Assembly (NCBI GenBank): GCA_951406725.2
Contig: OX597819.1
Coordinates: 66,340,001-66,404,000, forward strand
Direction of reading: 5' to 3'
DNA length: 64,000 bases
Source of the DNA: Octopus vulgaris
Taxonomy: Eukaryota
The position numbers and the translations under genes are program-made. The notes beneath the pieces were generated by a model that did not search any database, was not told the DNA's origin, and was given only the letters and a program-made list of their open reading frames with translations. Shown one piece after another: positions 39,815 through 54,640 of this stretch. Positions within the stretch are counted from its first letter, which is position 1. The number at the start of each line of letters is the position of its first letter.

Positions 39815-40221
39815 AGGCGCAGGAGTGGCTGTGTTGTAAGTAGCTTGCTAACTAACCACATGGTTCTGGGTTCAGTCCCACTGCGTGGCATCTTGGGCGA
39901 GTGTCTTCTGCTATAGCCCCGGGCCGACCAATGCCTTGTGAGTGGATTTGGTAGACGGAAACTGAAAGAAGCCTGTCGTATATATGTATGTATATGTATA
40001 TGTATGTGTGTGTTTGTGTGTCTGTGTTTGTCCCCCTAGCATTGCTTGACAACCGATTTTAGTGTGTTTACGTCCCCGTCACTTAGCGGTTCGGCAAAAG
40101 AGACCGATAGAATAAGTACTGGGCTTACAAAGAATAAGTCCTGGGGTCGATTTGCTCGACTAAAGGCCGTGCTCCAACATGGCCGCAGTCAAATGACTGA
40201 AACAAGTAAAAGAGTAAAAGA

Positions 40222-40224
<3 letters not shown>
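39815..40224 (+). mobile_element. SINE family 2, full length
   Basis: tRNA-like head ggagtggctgtgttgtaag...gggttcagtccc, internal TA/TG tract, and (gtaaaaga)n tail. Confidence 0.85.
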
Positions 40225-40260
<36 letters not shown>

Positions 40261-40538
40261 TACACACACAGAAAGATAGAGTGAGTGAGAAAAAAGTCAG
40301 GACAAGAGTCAGGGCAAGAGTGAGATGCGCATATATATATATATATCCTTATATTAATAGTGTAAATTTTAATTATAGAAAAAATTATGAAACCATTATT
40401 CTATGCTAATTTAGGTAATTGTAATATACAAAATGAAATGTAATAAAATGTTTTAAAAGAAACCTATTTCTAAGCTACCCTATATATATACATGTATCTA
40501 CGTATGTATATATATACATACATACGTGTATATACGTG

Positions 40539-40578
<40 letters not shown>

Positions 40579-40652
40579 CATGTACATACGTATATATATA
40601 TACATACATATACATATATATAAATATATGAGTGTATATATACATGCATATA

Positions 40653-40689
<37 letters not shown>

Positions 40690-41387
40690 GTATATATATG
40701 TAGGTATGTTTATATATATATACATACATACATGCATACATATATATATATATATATATATATGCATGCATATATCTACGTAGATATATATGCATACGTA
40801 TGTTTTGCTTAATAAAGAATGGCTGCTATAACCAACTTAGAGATATTTGTGCAGATTAAGAAGTTACGTCAAATCCATTTCTAAAATTCGTGTCAAAATA
40901 AAAGAAAGGCGACTGCATTGCTGAATGTGGCCGCATAATCTAGTGCGCAAGAATCTTGACCATAATAAATTAAAGTGGTCCATGATATATTATGTTTTAC
41001 TTAGAAATCTTATGTTTTTGATCTACAGTTCCACATGAGATGCTTTGAGATAAGGAGCCAAGATACAATTTATACTGTGCCCTTTTTCTCGGCGAATACT
41101 TACACGTTTGACGAAAATAGTGAGAAGGCCCAGCTGTAGTAGTCTGACATTCCAGATCGATGTAGTGTAGTAATAATTGATACCCGTATAATAAATTAGA
41201 TGACTTTTAGGAAAAATGAGACAATATTTAAAAGACTGAAGCAAATAATATGAAAGGACTGATCTCGAATAATAAGATTCAAATAAAGTTTTCTATTACA
41301 AATGAAATACATTTAATTCTGATACGAGAAGGAACTTCTGTGACGCGATACACTAATTCGTCTGCTTCCTAAATCGTGCATACATGC

Positions 41388-41420
<33 letters not shown>

Positions 41421-41547
41421 TGTATGTATGTATGTATGTATGTATGTATGTATGTATGTATGTATGTATGTATGTATGTATGTATATATGTATGTACTAT
41501 GTACGTATGTATCTGTTTGTCTGTCTGTGTAACAATGTATCTATCTG

Positions 41548-41652
<105 letters not shown>

Positions 41653-41681
41653 ATGTAAGTATGTATGTGTGCATGTATATG

Positions 41682-41731
<50 letters not shown>

Positions 41732-42541
41732 CATATATATATGTATATATGTAGGTAGGTATTTATACATATAAATACATATAAATATATATATATATAC
41801 ATGCATGTATATATGTATGCTTGCATGCCAGTGTGTGTAGGTATGTATGTATGTATGTAAATACACACACGGTTATAAGGATATAAAAATGTATAGATAT
41901 ATCTATGTTTCTATAAATGGATATATATAGTTATGTCGGAGCGTTTGTATATGTTTATTTAGAAAGATATAGAATAGGAGCCGCAAACATATAAATATAA
42001 ACGTAATCTACAAATTATGCTTATAAAGGTATATCTACTATGTATAAGCGTTTGCGAGTGTACGTGGGTGTATGTATGTGTATGTTTTTGTGTGTGTGTG
42101 TGTCTATGTGTGTGTGTGTGTATACATTGTGCTGAGCCAGCACCATTGATAATACAACAACAAATAATGACAAGGACAAAACAATGGAAAGCAACGAATA
42201 TATGAAAAGAGCCGCTACAAGATGAAAAGGAAGCGTAACTCTATGATAGCAATCAATAGAGAATGAAAGACAGTTTGATAACAACAACAATAACACGAAC
42301 AACAATAAGAGAAACGAAAACAAAAACAACAACAACAACAACAATGCCAACATCGCTAAAACATCGACGGAAACAAATAAAATTTACAACAAGAACAACC
42401 AGTAATATCCACGAGGCGTTTTTGAAGCTTTTGATCTCTCGGATGAATGTAGCAATGAATGGATGAAAACGGCGATACGGTGCCTTCATTATAGTTATGC
42501 CAACCGATAATTATTGCAACACGTTAATTGACAGAGGCTGA

Positions 42542-42542
<1 letters not shown>

Positions 42543-42578
<36 letters not shown>

Positions 42579-43020
42579 ACTACTGCCGCTGCTACTCTTA
42601 TTGCTGCTGCTGCTGTTGCTGCTGTTACTGCCGCTGCTGCTGCAGCCCCTTCTTCAATACCCGCCACTCAATAGTTATTTGCGTACCCCTTCATATTGAC
42701 ACGTATACACACTCACAAGTATATATATATGTATATATATATACAGAGAGAGAGAGAGAGGGGGGAGAGATAATTATTATCGCGTTAATATCGATGATAA
42801 TCATCGCCGTTAACGCCACCATCATCATAACTGTCGTCACCCACATCCCCCACCGACTCCGACTCCTCCCGCAAATATCATAACCACCACCGCCGCCGCT
42901 GCCACTGCCGCCGCCACCACCGCCACCACCACCACCACCACCACCACCGCCATCATCATCATCATCATCACCACCATCACCATCACCACCACCACTACCA
43001 CCACCACCACCACCACCACC

Positions 43021-43053
<33 letters not shown>

Positions 43054-43280
43054 GTGTTCTTGTTTACCACTATGTTCATCGATGCCATCACCAATATAAT
43101 CACCATCATCATTATCATGTAAAGAAAATGTTTATCAACAACAATGGTAAGGATCTCTCTCTCTCTTCCTCTCTGTCTCTCTTCCTCGCTGTCTCTCTTC
43201 CTCTCTGTCTCTCTTCCTCTATGTCTCTCTTCCTCTCTCTCTCTTCCTATCTCTCTCTCTTCCTCTCTCTCTCTCTCTGA
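42543..43280. repeat. (GCT)n, (CAC/CAT)n and (CT)n microsatellite cluster
   Basis: Direct inspection. Confidence 0.8.
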
Positions 43281-43764
43281 ATAGCAGAAATTCCTCACTG
43301 ACGAAACAACCATCTCAGACAAATTTTGTGGGCTTGAAATTCTTACATACTAAGGAGGCCGGGCCGCATCTTGGTCACGACTCCTAGCTGCCCTTCAGCT
43401 AACACCTTTTAGTTACTTGAATATCAGCGATTTGTATATTTAAACCGTACGGAGATTTTGCTGACAAGGCCAAGCTGGTTGCTTCTGGTTTCAAATTTAT
43501 TATCCTCAAACGATATGGAGATCGTTTTTGTTCCTCCTTGTCCACATCTCGCTGGACTAATGTTGTTCTATCTTTAGAACTTTGGTCCAGTTCTTCCCAG
43601 AGACAGAGAGATGTTTTGGGAGATCAAGTAGATTTGCCTCTAAAACTTCTGGCTTCTTCCTCTAAGACAAGAATATTGACCCAGAAGTTGATCTCTCAGA
43701 GTGTTGTTGAAACAGTCTTAGTCTTCAGTCTTGAAACTGTGCTTTTCTTCTGCTTTTAAACCTC

Positions 43765-46310
43765 CGAAAAGATGGGTGAAGTGCTGCTGGAAGGTCCGAC
43801 ATATCTCGGGTTCGTTTATCAAATCACCTTGCGCATTCACCACAGATCGAATTATGGAATCATTTCTACGTTGAGCTTCTACAACCCGTGTTCATCGAGC
43901 GGCATTGATTCCCTCGCTCCCCATTGCATGAAGTCTAGCTCTGACGATACACCGCATGTGTTTGGCTTCGAGGTGCTGGTTTAATTCCAGTCTCTTCACC
44001 TTCACCTGGGATGCGTCGCCAGATGTCATGGCTTCCTCTAGGGGCCTTAACTAATTCATTTTCTTCCTTACGCCCTCTAGCAACTAATCCTATGCTATAT
44101 CTAATAGACTCGAATTAAAAGGCTCTTTTGAGGGCGTACCACCATTTGTTGCTGATAATGGAACCGGTTAACGCCCCCTGTATTAGGGACTTAATCCTGC
44201 TCCTGTACTTCTCAATAGCCAAAAGGGACTTATTGAGTTTCCAGTAGCAGGAACCTTTACTATATATATTATCTAGGTTCAGTTTACAAGTTACCATCTT
44301 GTGGTCACTGTGACCAAGTGGAATTGCGGACGCGTAACTATTTCATTATCAAATTTTCTAATAAATATCCTATCAATGTAAGACCTAGAAGACCCGTCGC
44401 TATTTGACTATGTCCACAATAGAGAGTTCAGGAATTCTAATGTGGAGGGATAAACTAGCTGAAAGTGACTTAATAGATCCCGGAAGACTATGTTCGGTTT
44501 TCTATTAGGATTCGAGCCAACACTATCCACGCGCGCATTGAGAATAGTGTTAAAGTCTCCTAACACAACTAGTGAACGTGACGTGCCTAGAAACTTCTCC
44601 ATATCACGGTAAGGATCAGTCTGACTTGAATTAGGAACATAAACTGCAACCAGCCTGATTTCCTTACAATAACTGAACGTCAAATCTAAAATGACCAGCC
44701 TACATTCTGGATCAGAAAAAAATCTACTTTTTCACCGAAACTCGGTTTCTTTTAAGTAGTACCAACACCGCACCCCACCCCACCCCACCACCCGGCGGGC
44801 ATGGAGAAGTGTCTGGAGACGGAGGGTTATCCGTCTCCTTTTCTTTTTCTCGGGATCGATGTGCCGGAGTGATGAGGCCCTCATATCGATTATCAGTAAT
44901 GTCCAATCTAGGAGGGCGTACATCCTTGCGAAATTCGTTAGCCAACATTTTATAATTTTTCTTATCAGTCTAGTAAATGACAAATCCGTTCGAACTTTCT
45001 GTGTTTTCTTTTTTTATTTTTTTGGCATGAATCACTGCCAGGCGGTTCGCTAGGTCTCGATTCGAACTGCAAACCGCCATGTAGCAATTTTCTTCTCTCT
45101 TTCTTGGTTTTTTAAATAGTCTCAATTCAGTTAATATTTTTCCCTTTTTCCTTTTCAGGGGAGGGTGGATTCATTTTTCTCTTGTGCTTTACCAGTTCCC
45201 ACCTCACGCCTGCTTTTCCCTCTGGTACAGTTGTTTGTTCCGCCGATGTCGCTGCATTCTCTTTTACTGCCTTCGCTTTCTCGGTTTCATTAGCAGTATC
45301 GATGTTGCTGACCCTTTTTACCAGCATCGATGTTGCTGACCCTCTACCAGTCGGGTCCACCAAACTCGATAATCTCTTATTTCTTCCAGCGTGGTCTGCT
45401 CGGCTTGCATTCGAAGGCCCTGGCCATGCCAGTTGCGTGGCTCCATCATGGCAGTTTCTAATACGGATATTTTGTCTTCTAGACCCATTGTAACTGCCGC
45501 GACGAGCCACTCTGGGTCCATCTTAGGGGGAATGTTACTTATCGTAACTCTTGACGTTCTTCTGCCCAATTTATGGGCAGAAAAACCACCTCTTCGGGTT
45601 TTATAGAGTCGTCTGAATGGAGTCGGGCTGCCTCTTCTGACTCCAATCTTACTTCGACGGTTGCATACAGCCTTCCTCTGTTTACGTATTTTACCAGGCG
45701 CCATATAGGCTTTAGGCATTTCTCAATTTCACTCTCCACAACGTAATCTATCTTTTTTTCTTTCACCTTGTATGTTTTATAAATGAGAGTTTTCTTCTCT
45801 ACATCTTGTTGAATATCTTTTGGGAGGCTACTTCTACTTCATTCCTCTCGTTCGTTAATAATTCCTTATGTTTTTTCTAAGTTGTTCAGGTTTAGCATCT
45901 TCAATTTAATTTTCTCGATTTTTTTTTCTCATTTTTTCTGCTATTTTTTCTTTTGTACACAAATTTGCAACATCAATATTTTTTTTTTGACGTCGATGGT
46001 CGATGGTCGATATGAGGTATTCTCAGTTTCTTCTTCTATTAATGTTTTTTCTACAATCCTTTCCAATTCTTCTTGACTCAATAACCCTTCCGTATTTAGT
46101 TCATTCGAGCTTGCCATAATGCAAGCTTCCCCACACGGGGGTAAAACACATAAAAACAAAAGTTTTCAAAAATAATCCAACAATGGTTTCAACAAGTAAC
46201 CAAATGGTTTCAACAAATAACACTATTAAAAGTTCAAAACAAAAAACGCCCACCTCCTCGTAAACAGCAAAGCATCCAACAATAAATTCAAGTCACAACT
46301 CGCACGAACA
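43765..46310 (-). mobile_element. L1/Tx1-like LINE copy 1 (ORF1 + APE endonuclease, 3' part missing)
   Basis: APE motifs RLVAVYVPN, VLGDFN, DH.MVTC, YWKLNKSLL. Linker QHLEAKHMRCIVRAR...FQQHFTHLF. ORF1 EKCLKPIW...RGRLYATVEVR. Confidence 0.85.
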
Positions 46311-46964
46311 GATTATATTTTGAGCTCGATTCGGTACCGGACAGGGATAGAGGATTATTTTTCCGTTTTTACACTTACTTTTTCAGATCGGTCGGGTTCA
46401 TTTTTAGTTTTTCCTGTTTGTGAGAGCAGTGAGTTTATTTCAGGTATTCTCATTTAAAAATAATCTCCGGTTAATCGTTAAGAGGACGTTGGTGTTGCTT
46501 TCGCGGAGGAGGTCTGTACTCACTGAGTGCTCCTGTTTTATATTATCTTTTAAACGGTTATATATTTAGTTTTAATCGTAACATGGTTTTAATAATAATT
46601 GTTATCTATAGGTATTCTTTTATTAGTTTCTGATTTAATAAGGGTATTTCAGCATTATCTGTTAAATGGTATAAGTTTAACATTAAAGCATCTAAGGATA
46701 GCGAATATTTAATACATATGAAGTTTTTTAAGTATTAACTTTTGGGTTATGAAATAGCGTAATTCACTTTGAATTAGTTATATTATAAGTTTAGTTAAGC
46801 TCAATCGAATTTGTTTTGTTTTGGAAAGAATAGAATATAAAAGCTTTCAGTTTTAGTTTTATATTAATAACTATGGAAGACTGGTAGGAATATTATCTGT
46901 ATGGACTCCAAGGGCTAGGTTGCTATTTAGATAATTTAGGAGTTAGTTATAAGTTTACTTATAC

Positions 46965-48886
46965 AATTATAGACTCCGAACAATTTCACCTGTCCGTCGG
47001 TCCAGCGTCGCATGATGGAGACGATGTTGGACGGTATGGGCTTGCTTCTCCAGGATGCCGAGTCGCAAGCCCACTGACTTTTCCCGGTTAATTTTTGTTC
47101 CTGTTACCACTTCGTATTCTTTTAGTGTCTCGCCGACCAGGTCGATGCCCTTGTGGATCGACATTATGACGGCGACGTCCGCGTATGCAGACACACTCCT
47201 CCCGCATGCCGGCTCTCGTGGGATGCCTCTCAGCGTCTTCAGCTTCCGCTGAAGTGGCTTAAGAGTCAATACATACAGAAGCGATGAAACAGAAGCGATG
47301 ACGAACCAAACGTTCCCCTTGTTTTGATCTTTCTTTAGCAGCGCCACCGCTCCTCGCTTTATAAAGATGGTGATACACCCGTTTTGCTGCCAGTTGCGGT
47401 AGACAGCTGCCAAGACGCCTTCAAACAAGTCTGGCATATGACAATAAAGTTCGAAGGGCAGACCATCCAAGCCTGGTGACTTGTCTCCCGCGCAGCCTCC
47501 CATCGCATCCCGTACGTCTGCGGCTGTCATAGATCTTTCACAACACTCTGCCTCTCATGCTGAGGGTTGTGGCAGGCCATGCAGGTAAGCACTAAAGTCC
47601 ATCCTGCGATCTGACCCATCAGTGGTCCCGAACAGTCGAGCAAAGTGTTGTTGAAAGGCCTCACACATCCTTTGAGGCTCGTGTACTTCGCGCCTCTGTT
47701 CATTTGTTAGGAACCTAATGATGGATCTGTTGCCTCGTTGCGCCTCCGCCACTCGGGCCTCTTGGGTGTCTCCGACTCTTTGGTTCGTCAGAGCACGCAT
47801 CCTAGCTCTGACAACGCAACCTTCATGTTTGGCGTTGAAATGTTGTTCGAGGGCCAACCTAGCTGCCAGTAGGTTGGACGTGATGTCAGTTCTAAGTGCT
47901 TCTTCTAATTTCTTAACTGTCTCCCTCTATTCTATTTCAGTCTAATGCTAGGGCCTTACTGCACCTAACCGATTCTGCTTTAATTGCTTTCTTTAGGGCA
48001 TACCACCATCTGTTGTTGATAATGGCACCCGTCAATGCTCTCTTAACTAATGTGCTAATCAGTACCTATAAACCTTATGTGCCGTGAACGACGCGTTCAG
48101 CTTCCAGTAACCGGGACCCTGCCTATGTGTCTTATCTAACTCAAGTGTACAGGTCACAAATTTGTGGTCTGTGTAGCTGACTATGTGGAAATGTGGATAA
48201 CCTACACTATCCCTATCCACTGTCCTACAGAATACGCTATCTAAATACGATCTGGACGACCCGATGCGGTTGCTTCATGCCCACATTGGAACATTCGGTT
48301 GGTCCAGTGGGTACTTGTCAAACTTGGAAACGTCTGAGCAGGTCTTTGAAGCATTTGCACCCCTCCTATTACTGTCTCTTCCCACGTAGTCTAGATGCGT
48401 GTCCAAGGTAGTATTCTAATCCCCCACTAAAAGTAAAGGTCGTGACGTTCGCAGGAAAACCTCTTGACGCCGAAAGAAATCTGGTCGACCTGTTAAGGAC
48501 GGTGCATAAACTGTTATCAATCGAAAAGCACACCAATTGTTACCATCGACATCCAAGACAACCAGCCTACCCTCTGGGTCTAGGAAAATTTCTCTTACTT
48601 TGAGGTCCAGACTCTTCCGAAGAAGCACCGCAGTACACCCTCCGCCCATTCTCGGCAGACACGGAGAAGAATAAATGTCGAAATGTCCGCCGAACTTGTG
48701 CTGGAGGGCCCAAAGGCTGTGGAGTCTTGTCTCGATGCTGGCTATGATATGCAGATTTTGTGACTTGTGTCGTTTAACAAGTAGCCTTGTTTCCAAGGCG
48801 ACCCCAAGTCACGTACATTTATACTGCCTATTTTGAGCATATTCCTGTTGAAGGTTGTATTTTACACACGAAAGGGAGACCAGGGA

Positions 48887-48926
<40 letters not shown>

Positions 48927-50810
48927 ATGAAAGAGTGGGAGAGTGAGAGAGAGTTACTTACTGTCCGAAAGTTCTTTGTCCTTCATCTCACAGTCTTCTT
49001 CCAGAAGGCTTTGATAGTTTTTAGAGAGGTATTATTGGAATCTCCCAACTGCATCAGGGTGTTGTGTGTGTTCTGTGTTATGTGTATGATTTTAATGTGT
49101 TGTGGTGGTGTTGTGCGTGGGTGATTCTTTGTTTTGGTATCATTTTCTGTTATGTTGGTGTTTGACTTAATGTATTCCATTAGGTCTGGATTGTTGGTGT
49201 TTATAGCTGTCAACATTGTTGGGGGATTTGGTGTTGGTGTGTTTGTGTTGATGCTTTTGTTTCCTACGAATGCTTTGGTTTCGGGAGTGATAAGCCTCCC
49301 CGCTTTGTTTGTCTGCTTCTCTATTCTTTTCCCCCATTTTCTCCTTCCCCCTGTGGCCACTTGCCAATCCTCTGTGTTGTCTTCATCTGACGACATGTCG
49401 GAAAAATCAGAAGGTGGGAGGGGAAGGGTATTGGGATCTATTTCTGAGTATGTTGATTTTTGTTTTTGGTGGTAGTGCTGCTATTTGGTGACATTTGGGA
49501 TGTGGTGTTTGGGTTTTGGTGGTGGGGTATGAGTGTTTTTGGTTTCCCCGTCTTCCCGTGGAGTTATTGTTGGTGGTGGCGATGATAGTGTTGGTTCTGT
49601 TCTTCGTGGAACTGGTGGTGGTGTTGTTTGGTTCGGTTGACTTGTTGGTTGCTGTTGTTCCTTCATTTATTTGTAGAGCTGCTTAATTTGTTGTACATGT
49701 GGCGGTGTGGGTAGTAGTGCTGGCTTTTTGCTCGATTTTTGGATTTCTAGTGGTTATTGTTTTTCGTGGTCTTGTAGTCGTCGTTGTTGTTGTTGTTGTT
49801 GTTGTTTCTGTTCTAGTGGGTAATTAGTTTTTAAATGTGTTTTGCTACCATAAATGTAGCAACTTGGCTTCCTGCCTTCGACGGCTACATGCAAGATCGA
49901 ATCCTCTGTCAATTGAATTCGCTGGGGATTTTTTTCAAAATTCACTGGATTGATCTGAGCAAGGATCTTGACTTCCCATTTTATTTCAATTTCGGGGGGG
50001 GGGGGCACATTTTTATGTTGCTTTTTGTGACCCTACGACCAAGGTATATAGGGATCATGAGGAGATTTTCATGTTGAAAGGACCTTGTGGAGAGCTCCTT
50101 GGCTAGATCTTCGCTATAGAATCTTACTTCGATCGTCGCAAATCTGTTTCCCCTCGTTATTTAGTCTTTAAAGGCCCATGTGTGTCTTAAACATTTTTCC
50201 ACATTTTCATGAGTGACTGTTTCTTGCACTTTTATTTTTGCGTTGAGTGTCTTGTAAATGATTGTATTTCTTTTGCGATAGTTTTTGTGATGTTTTCAGG
50301 TGTCTGTAATTGAATGGTGACTTCATTTTTTGTAAACATTTCTTTGCAGGTAAGTAATTCTTCCTTGGAAAATTACATCACTCGTTTATTTGGCTTCAAA
50401 TTGCGGCAAAATTGTTATCGGTAATGGTGTTGGTTGTGGTGTTGATGGCAACGGTGGTGGTGGTATCAGTAGTGGGAGTAGTGATTATAGTAACAGAAGC
50501 ATTCGTGCCTTCTAAGCCCTATGTGCGTTTACGCGGAACGGCTTTGCTTTCCGCTTCCTTCGCCTGAAGTATTGCTGGAGGCAGGAAGTCGGCCTCATGG
50601 TTTCGCTTAGCCATATTTGTTTAGAAATATGGCAAGGAAATCGAAGAAAATAGAAATATAAATAAGTTTGAAACTACCCTTAGGTGTCAATTCGTCGCTT
50701 GAAAACACACTCAAACGAAAGCTGGGTGCTTTACACACCTTGTGTGTAAAAATTGAAACAATGTGTATACAATAAAAGGTCGAAAAAAAGGGATTACCTG
50801 CGGAGCCGAG
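46965..50810 (-). mobile_element. L1/Tx1-like LINE copy 2 (ORF1, APE, partial RT)
   Basis: RT KSPGLDGLPFELY, SAYAD, KINREKS. APE ETRL, RLITVYAP, LLVGD. ORF1 EKCLRHTW...RGNRFATIEVR with a degenerate zinc knuckle. Confidence 0.88.
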
Positions 50811-51396
50811 GCGACTTCACATCAGTCGACAGTGGTAAGTAGATGGATGGATATATAGATGGTTGGATAGATAGATAGATAGACAGATAGATATATAAAC
50901 AGAAAGATATATAGATAGATAGATAGACAGACAGGCAGATAGATAGATATAGATCGACAGACAGATAGACAGACCGACAGATAGATAGATAGACACGAAT
51001 ATACAAATATACATAAATCTGAGTATACTTTTCTACATATATTTTCTATATTTATATCTGTATAAATATATGAAGCAAGTATCAAAATTTGAAGGTAGAC
51101 AATATCCACTTCAGCTAATACGTAACGTTGTATCATCAATCAGTCGTATAAAACCAGATTCTGTTCTCTCCCATTCTATTAATTGTATTTCTATATATTT
51201 ACCATTGTCTCAGATGTTTATTCGTTGTCTTTTATACGCGTGTATTTTATGTGACAAAGAGGAGGACAATACCGTGTTTTATTTGTAATGGAGTGGAAGA
51301 TAATATCACTCGTATCTAGCACAATGAAAATACCATACGCCGTTAAAAAGAGTATATACTACGAAATCTAATGGAGCAAGGCATACAATAGATACG

Positions 51397-51434
<38 letters not shown>

Positions 51435-51526
51435 ATCACACATACATAAATATATATATATGTATGTGTGTGAGTGTTTGCAAACACGTATATATCTGTA
51501 TATATTCACACGTAAACACATATGTA

Positions 51527-53425
51527 CACTGCGTCCCACATTATTAGGCAAATTTACCTTCTCTCATTAAATAAATATATATTCGTTCAAATCCCCTTGT
51601 TTTCCGACTGACTGTTGCCAACACCTACCTGCGCACATTCTGTTAAGATAAACCGGATCTGCCCAGGCACCAACAAATGGCGTCCATTTTTGTGATTGCG
51701 CAACATTTTCCCTGTCACAAATTATTAGGCGACTATAATAGAAATGATGATTGAGTCAGAACAAACATTTATTTAATTGAACAGTAAAGGTTTAACAAAA
51801 AATTATTCATAAAGGACATAAATTATTCATAGGCGTAGGCGTGACTGTGTGGTAAGTAGCTTGCTTACGAACCACATGGTTTCAGGTTCAGTGCCACTGC
51901 GTGGCACCTTGGGCAAGTGTCTTCTGGTATAGCCTCGGGCCGACCAAAGCCTTGTGAGTGGATATGGTAGACGGAAACTGAAAGAAGCCCGTCGTATATA
52001 TGTATATATATATATGTGTGTGTATACGTGTGTATGTGTGTGTATACGTTTGTGTGCCTGTGTTTGTTCCCCCAACTTCGCTTCACAACCGATGCTAGTG
52101 TATTTACGTCCCTGTAACCTAGCCGGTTCGGCATAAGAGACCGACAGAATAAGTACTAGTCTTAGAAAGTATAAGTCATGGGGTCGATTTGCTCGACTAA
52201 AGGCGGTGCTCCAACATGGCCACAATCAAATGACTGAATCAAGTAAAAAGAGTAAAAGAATAATGGTAAACATAAATGAAAATATTGATTGGATTATAAT
52301 GTCGTCATTTTTATCTATGATCTTCCACACCCAAAAATCTTCCTTTCATTGAATTTGGCAAGGTGATGATACTTTCTTGTGCCATGCTTTGAGCAGCATC
52401 TACACTAGCATTGGTAAACGGGCATCTTCAGGACATTCCACAGGTTCTCGATCGGGATTGTTAGGGGGAGAAGGTAGCCACGCCATCAAACAACCTCCAG
52501 AGAAGCTGCAGGTATTCTTTAGAATTCTTCGCTGGAAAAGACGGGGAATTATCTTGCATGAAGACCAGCTTTCTCAGGAATGTAAGTTATTGATTCTGAA
52601 CCACGGTTGGAAATTGGCGTTTAAGAAGGTAACATACGTTTTTGATGTCATCTTAATTCCATCTGAGATTTTCATGGCCTGACCATCATACCACCAATGA
52701 TGCCAACCCAAAACATGACCCACCCACCCCTTGCCCCCTTGTTGGCGTCTCAAACGATGAGGACATTTCTCGCTGATTGACACTCAAACTTTACTCCAGC
52801 CATCTGGTCCATCACTGGTAGCACGGCATTCATCAGTGAACAAATTTTTTAAAAATCTATCTTAATGTATTGTTGCCCATTTCAGTGTCTTCTGCTTATG
52901 AACAGAGGGGGCCTTGTAGCAGGTTTAGCATTCCTAATTACCTGCTTCAAGAGGCGACACCTGTTAATTTTCGCTACGTCATCCCTGTCATAACGTTTAT
53001 AAACTTCTCTACGTGTCAGACATGAGTTTCGCACACCTTCCCTTGTCACACCAGACAGAGTTCGATTCAAATCAGCCCTCAACTTAACCTTATCTGCCCT
53101 CGACCGATCAGAAATAGGAGACTGCACAAATTTCTTCACTGTTCAGTGATCTCTTCCCAGTATTTTTGATATTTCTATGGGTGTTTTTCATTTTCCGAGT
53201 TCCTACACGACAGTGGACTTCTTCGAGGTGTCACTTAAATTGGGCACGTGCCTAATAATTCGGGACAGCAAAAATATTGCTGCTACACAATAATCACCCC
53301 TGTTTGTTTTCCTTTGCGCAGATCCGATTTGTTTTAACAGAATGTGCGCAGATAGCTTTTGCCAAGTCAGCGTAAAAACAACCGGTTTTGAACGAACACA
53401 CATTAATTATTGAGAGAAAGATGAT
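51527..53425 (-). mobile_element. Tc1 (IR-DR type) transposon, decayed, with a nested SINE
   Basis: ~210-bp TIRs (51527-51732 versus 53249-53425) containing attattaggc repeats. Transposase remnants FTDECRATSDGPDGWS, RRQQGG, FMQDN. Confidence 0.85.
51831..52262 (+). mobile_element. SINE family 2 nested in the Tc1 element
   Basis: Matches 39815-40224. Confidence 0.85.
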
Positions 53426-54109
53426 GTGTATAAGTGCTTCTTTGTCTCCCCCCACTTGTGACTTCCACGGTGTTTCGTACGTTGATATGTGAAGTCGGAG
53501 ATTACCTGTGTATGCCTGCTCTGGAAGGTTCTCATATATTGTACCATTTAGATTTTATGTGATTGCTTTACAAACTTTACATTCCATAATGTTAACTTCG
53601 ACATTTACTCTCAACCCGATTTCTTGAAACTGTTAATTATCCCTGTCCCGAAATTGACAGATGTTTATCCGTTGACAGTTTATAATATCATGGACCCCAT
53701 CATTCTGTACACACTCATGCTCATTTCATTTAAAATGCTCTCTATTCCGCTGAACAGGTTAAAAGCCTACCGTAAAATCTTCCTTTCCATTCAAGCTTAG
53801 ACAATGCGATATCGAAATAGCCTGCTCTATCCTTAAGTGCTTATACAACCCTTTTAACAGGGAGGAATCCAACAATGCAGAAAATTCTAGAAACGTTTCT
53901 CTAAGATATTAATGTGTGCTGGTACAAATTATATCATTTACGAATTGATTCCGTTGTTTGGAAGAATATTTTTAGACATGTTCGTGTATGTTAGCATTTT
54001 AAATAATTAAGTACCTCTGAATCAAGTAACGAAAGCTAAGTAGTGCTTCCTTGATTAAAATTGTTAAACTGATTCGGATTGGCAATTGCTCCAAAACATT
54101 TTTATTAAA

Positions 54110-54640
54110 TACGAGATCTGGTCAAAAAATATCGCGACTGTTGCTATGGTAACAGACCTAGAGTATGCAGTGTGAAGTCGTTCGGTACAGATTGCTCTTG
54201 AAGTCTGTCGCACACGAAGTTGTAACGTGCTTTCTCACTACTGTTGTTTATAGTTGTGCTTGGAAGTAAAGTATGTAGAGTGTAGTCGTCTCAGAAATAA
54301 GATCAATTTGCAGCTGAGCAAGATCTCTTAGACTGCATCGAGGAAAAGGAACACTTTTTGTAAACAGTGATGTAAAGTGATAAATTGTGGACCTGTGGCT
54401 ATGATCCCGAAACTAAGGCAAAAACCAAATCCCAGTTGAAAGGAAGATTTCATGATGTCGAGTATAACCAAGAGAACATAATGAGGCAGATGCTTGCAAA
54501 CTCAAAAACAGCTCCAGGAATCCTTCCATAGATGGGAACAATGCTAGATAAATTGTGTGGCCTCAGAAGGTGCTTACTTCAAAGGCGATCAAATGTGGAA
54601 TTTATGTGCTTAGCTCTCTTTCTATAGCAGCAGTTCGGAT
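54110..54640 (+). mobile_element. Mariner remnant
   Basis: WTCGYDPETK, LKGRFHDVE and CVASEGAYFKGD-like segments; tacgagatctggtcaaaaa start. Confidence 0.7.

Noticed and set aside
41090-41210. Minus-strand exon ending at GTAAGT
   Set aside because: Weak acceptor and no recognisable peptide.
42500-42545. TAATTG/TGACAG homeodomain-TALE enhancer motif
   Set aside because: Short motifs are expected by chance; needs conservation data.
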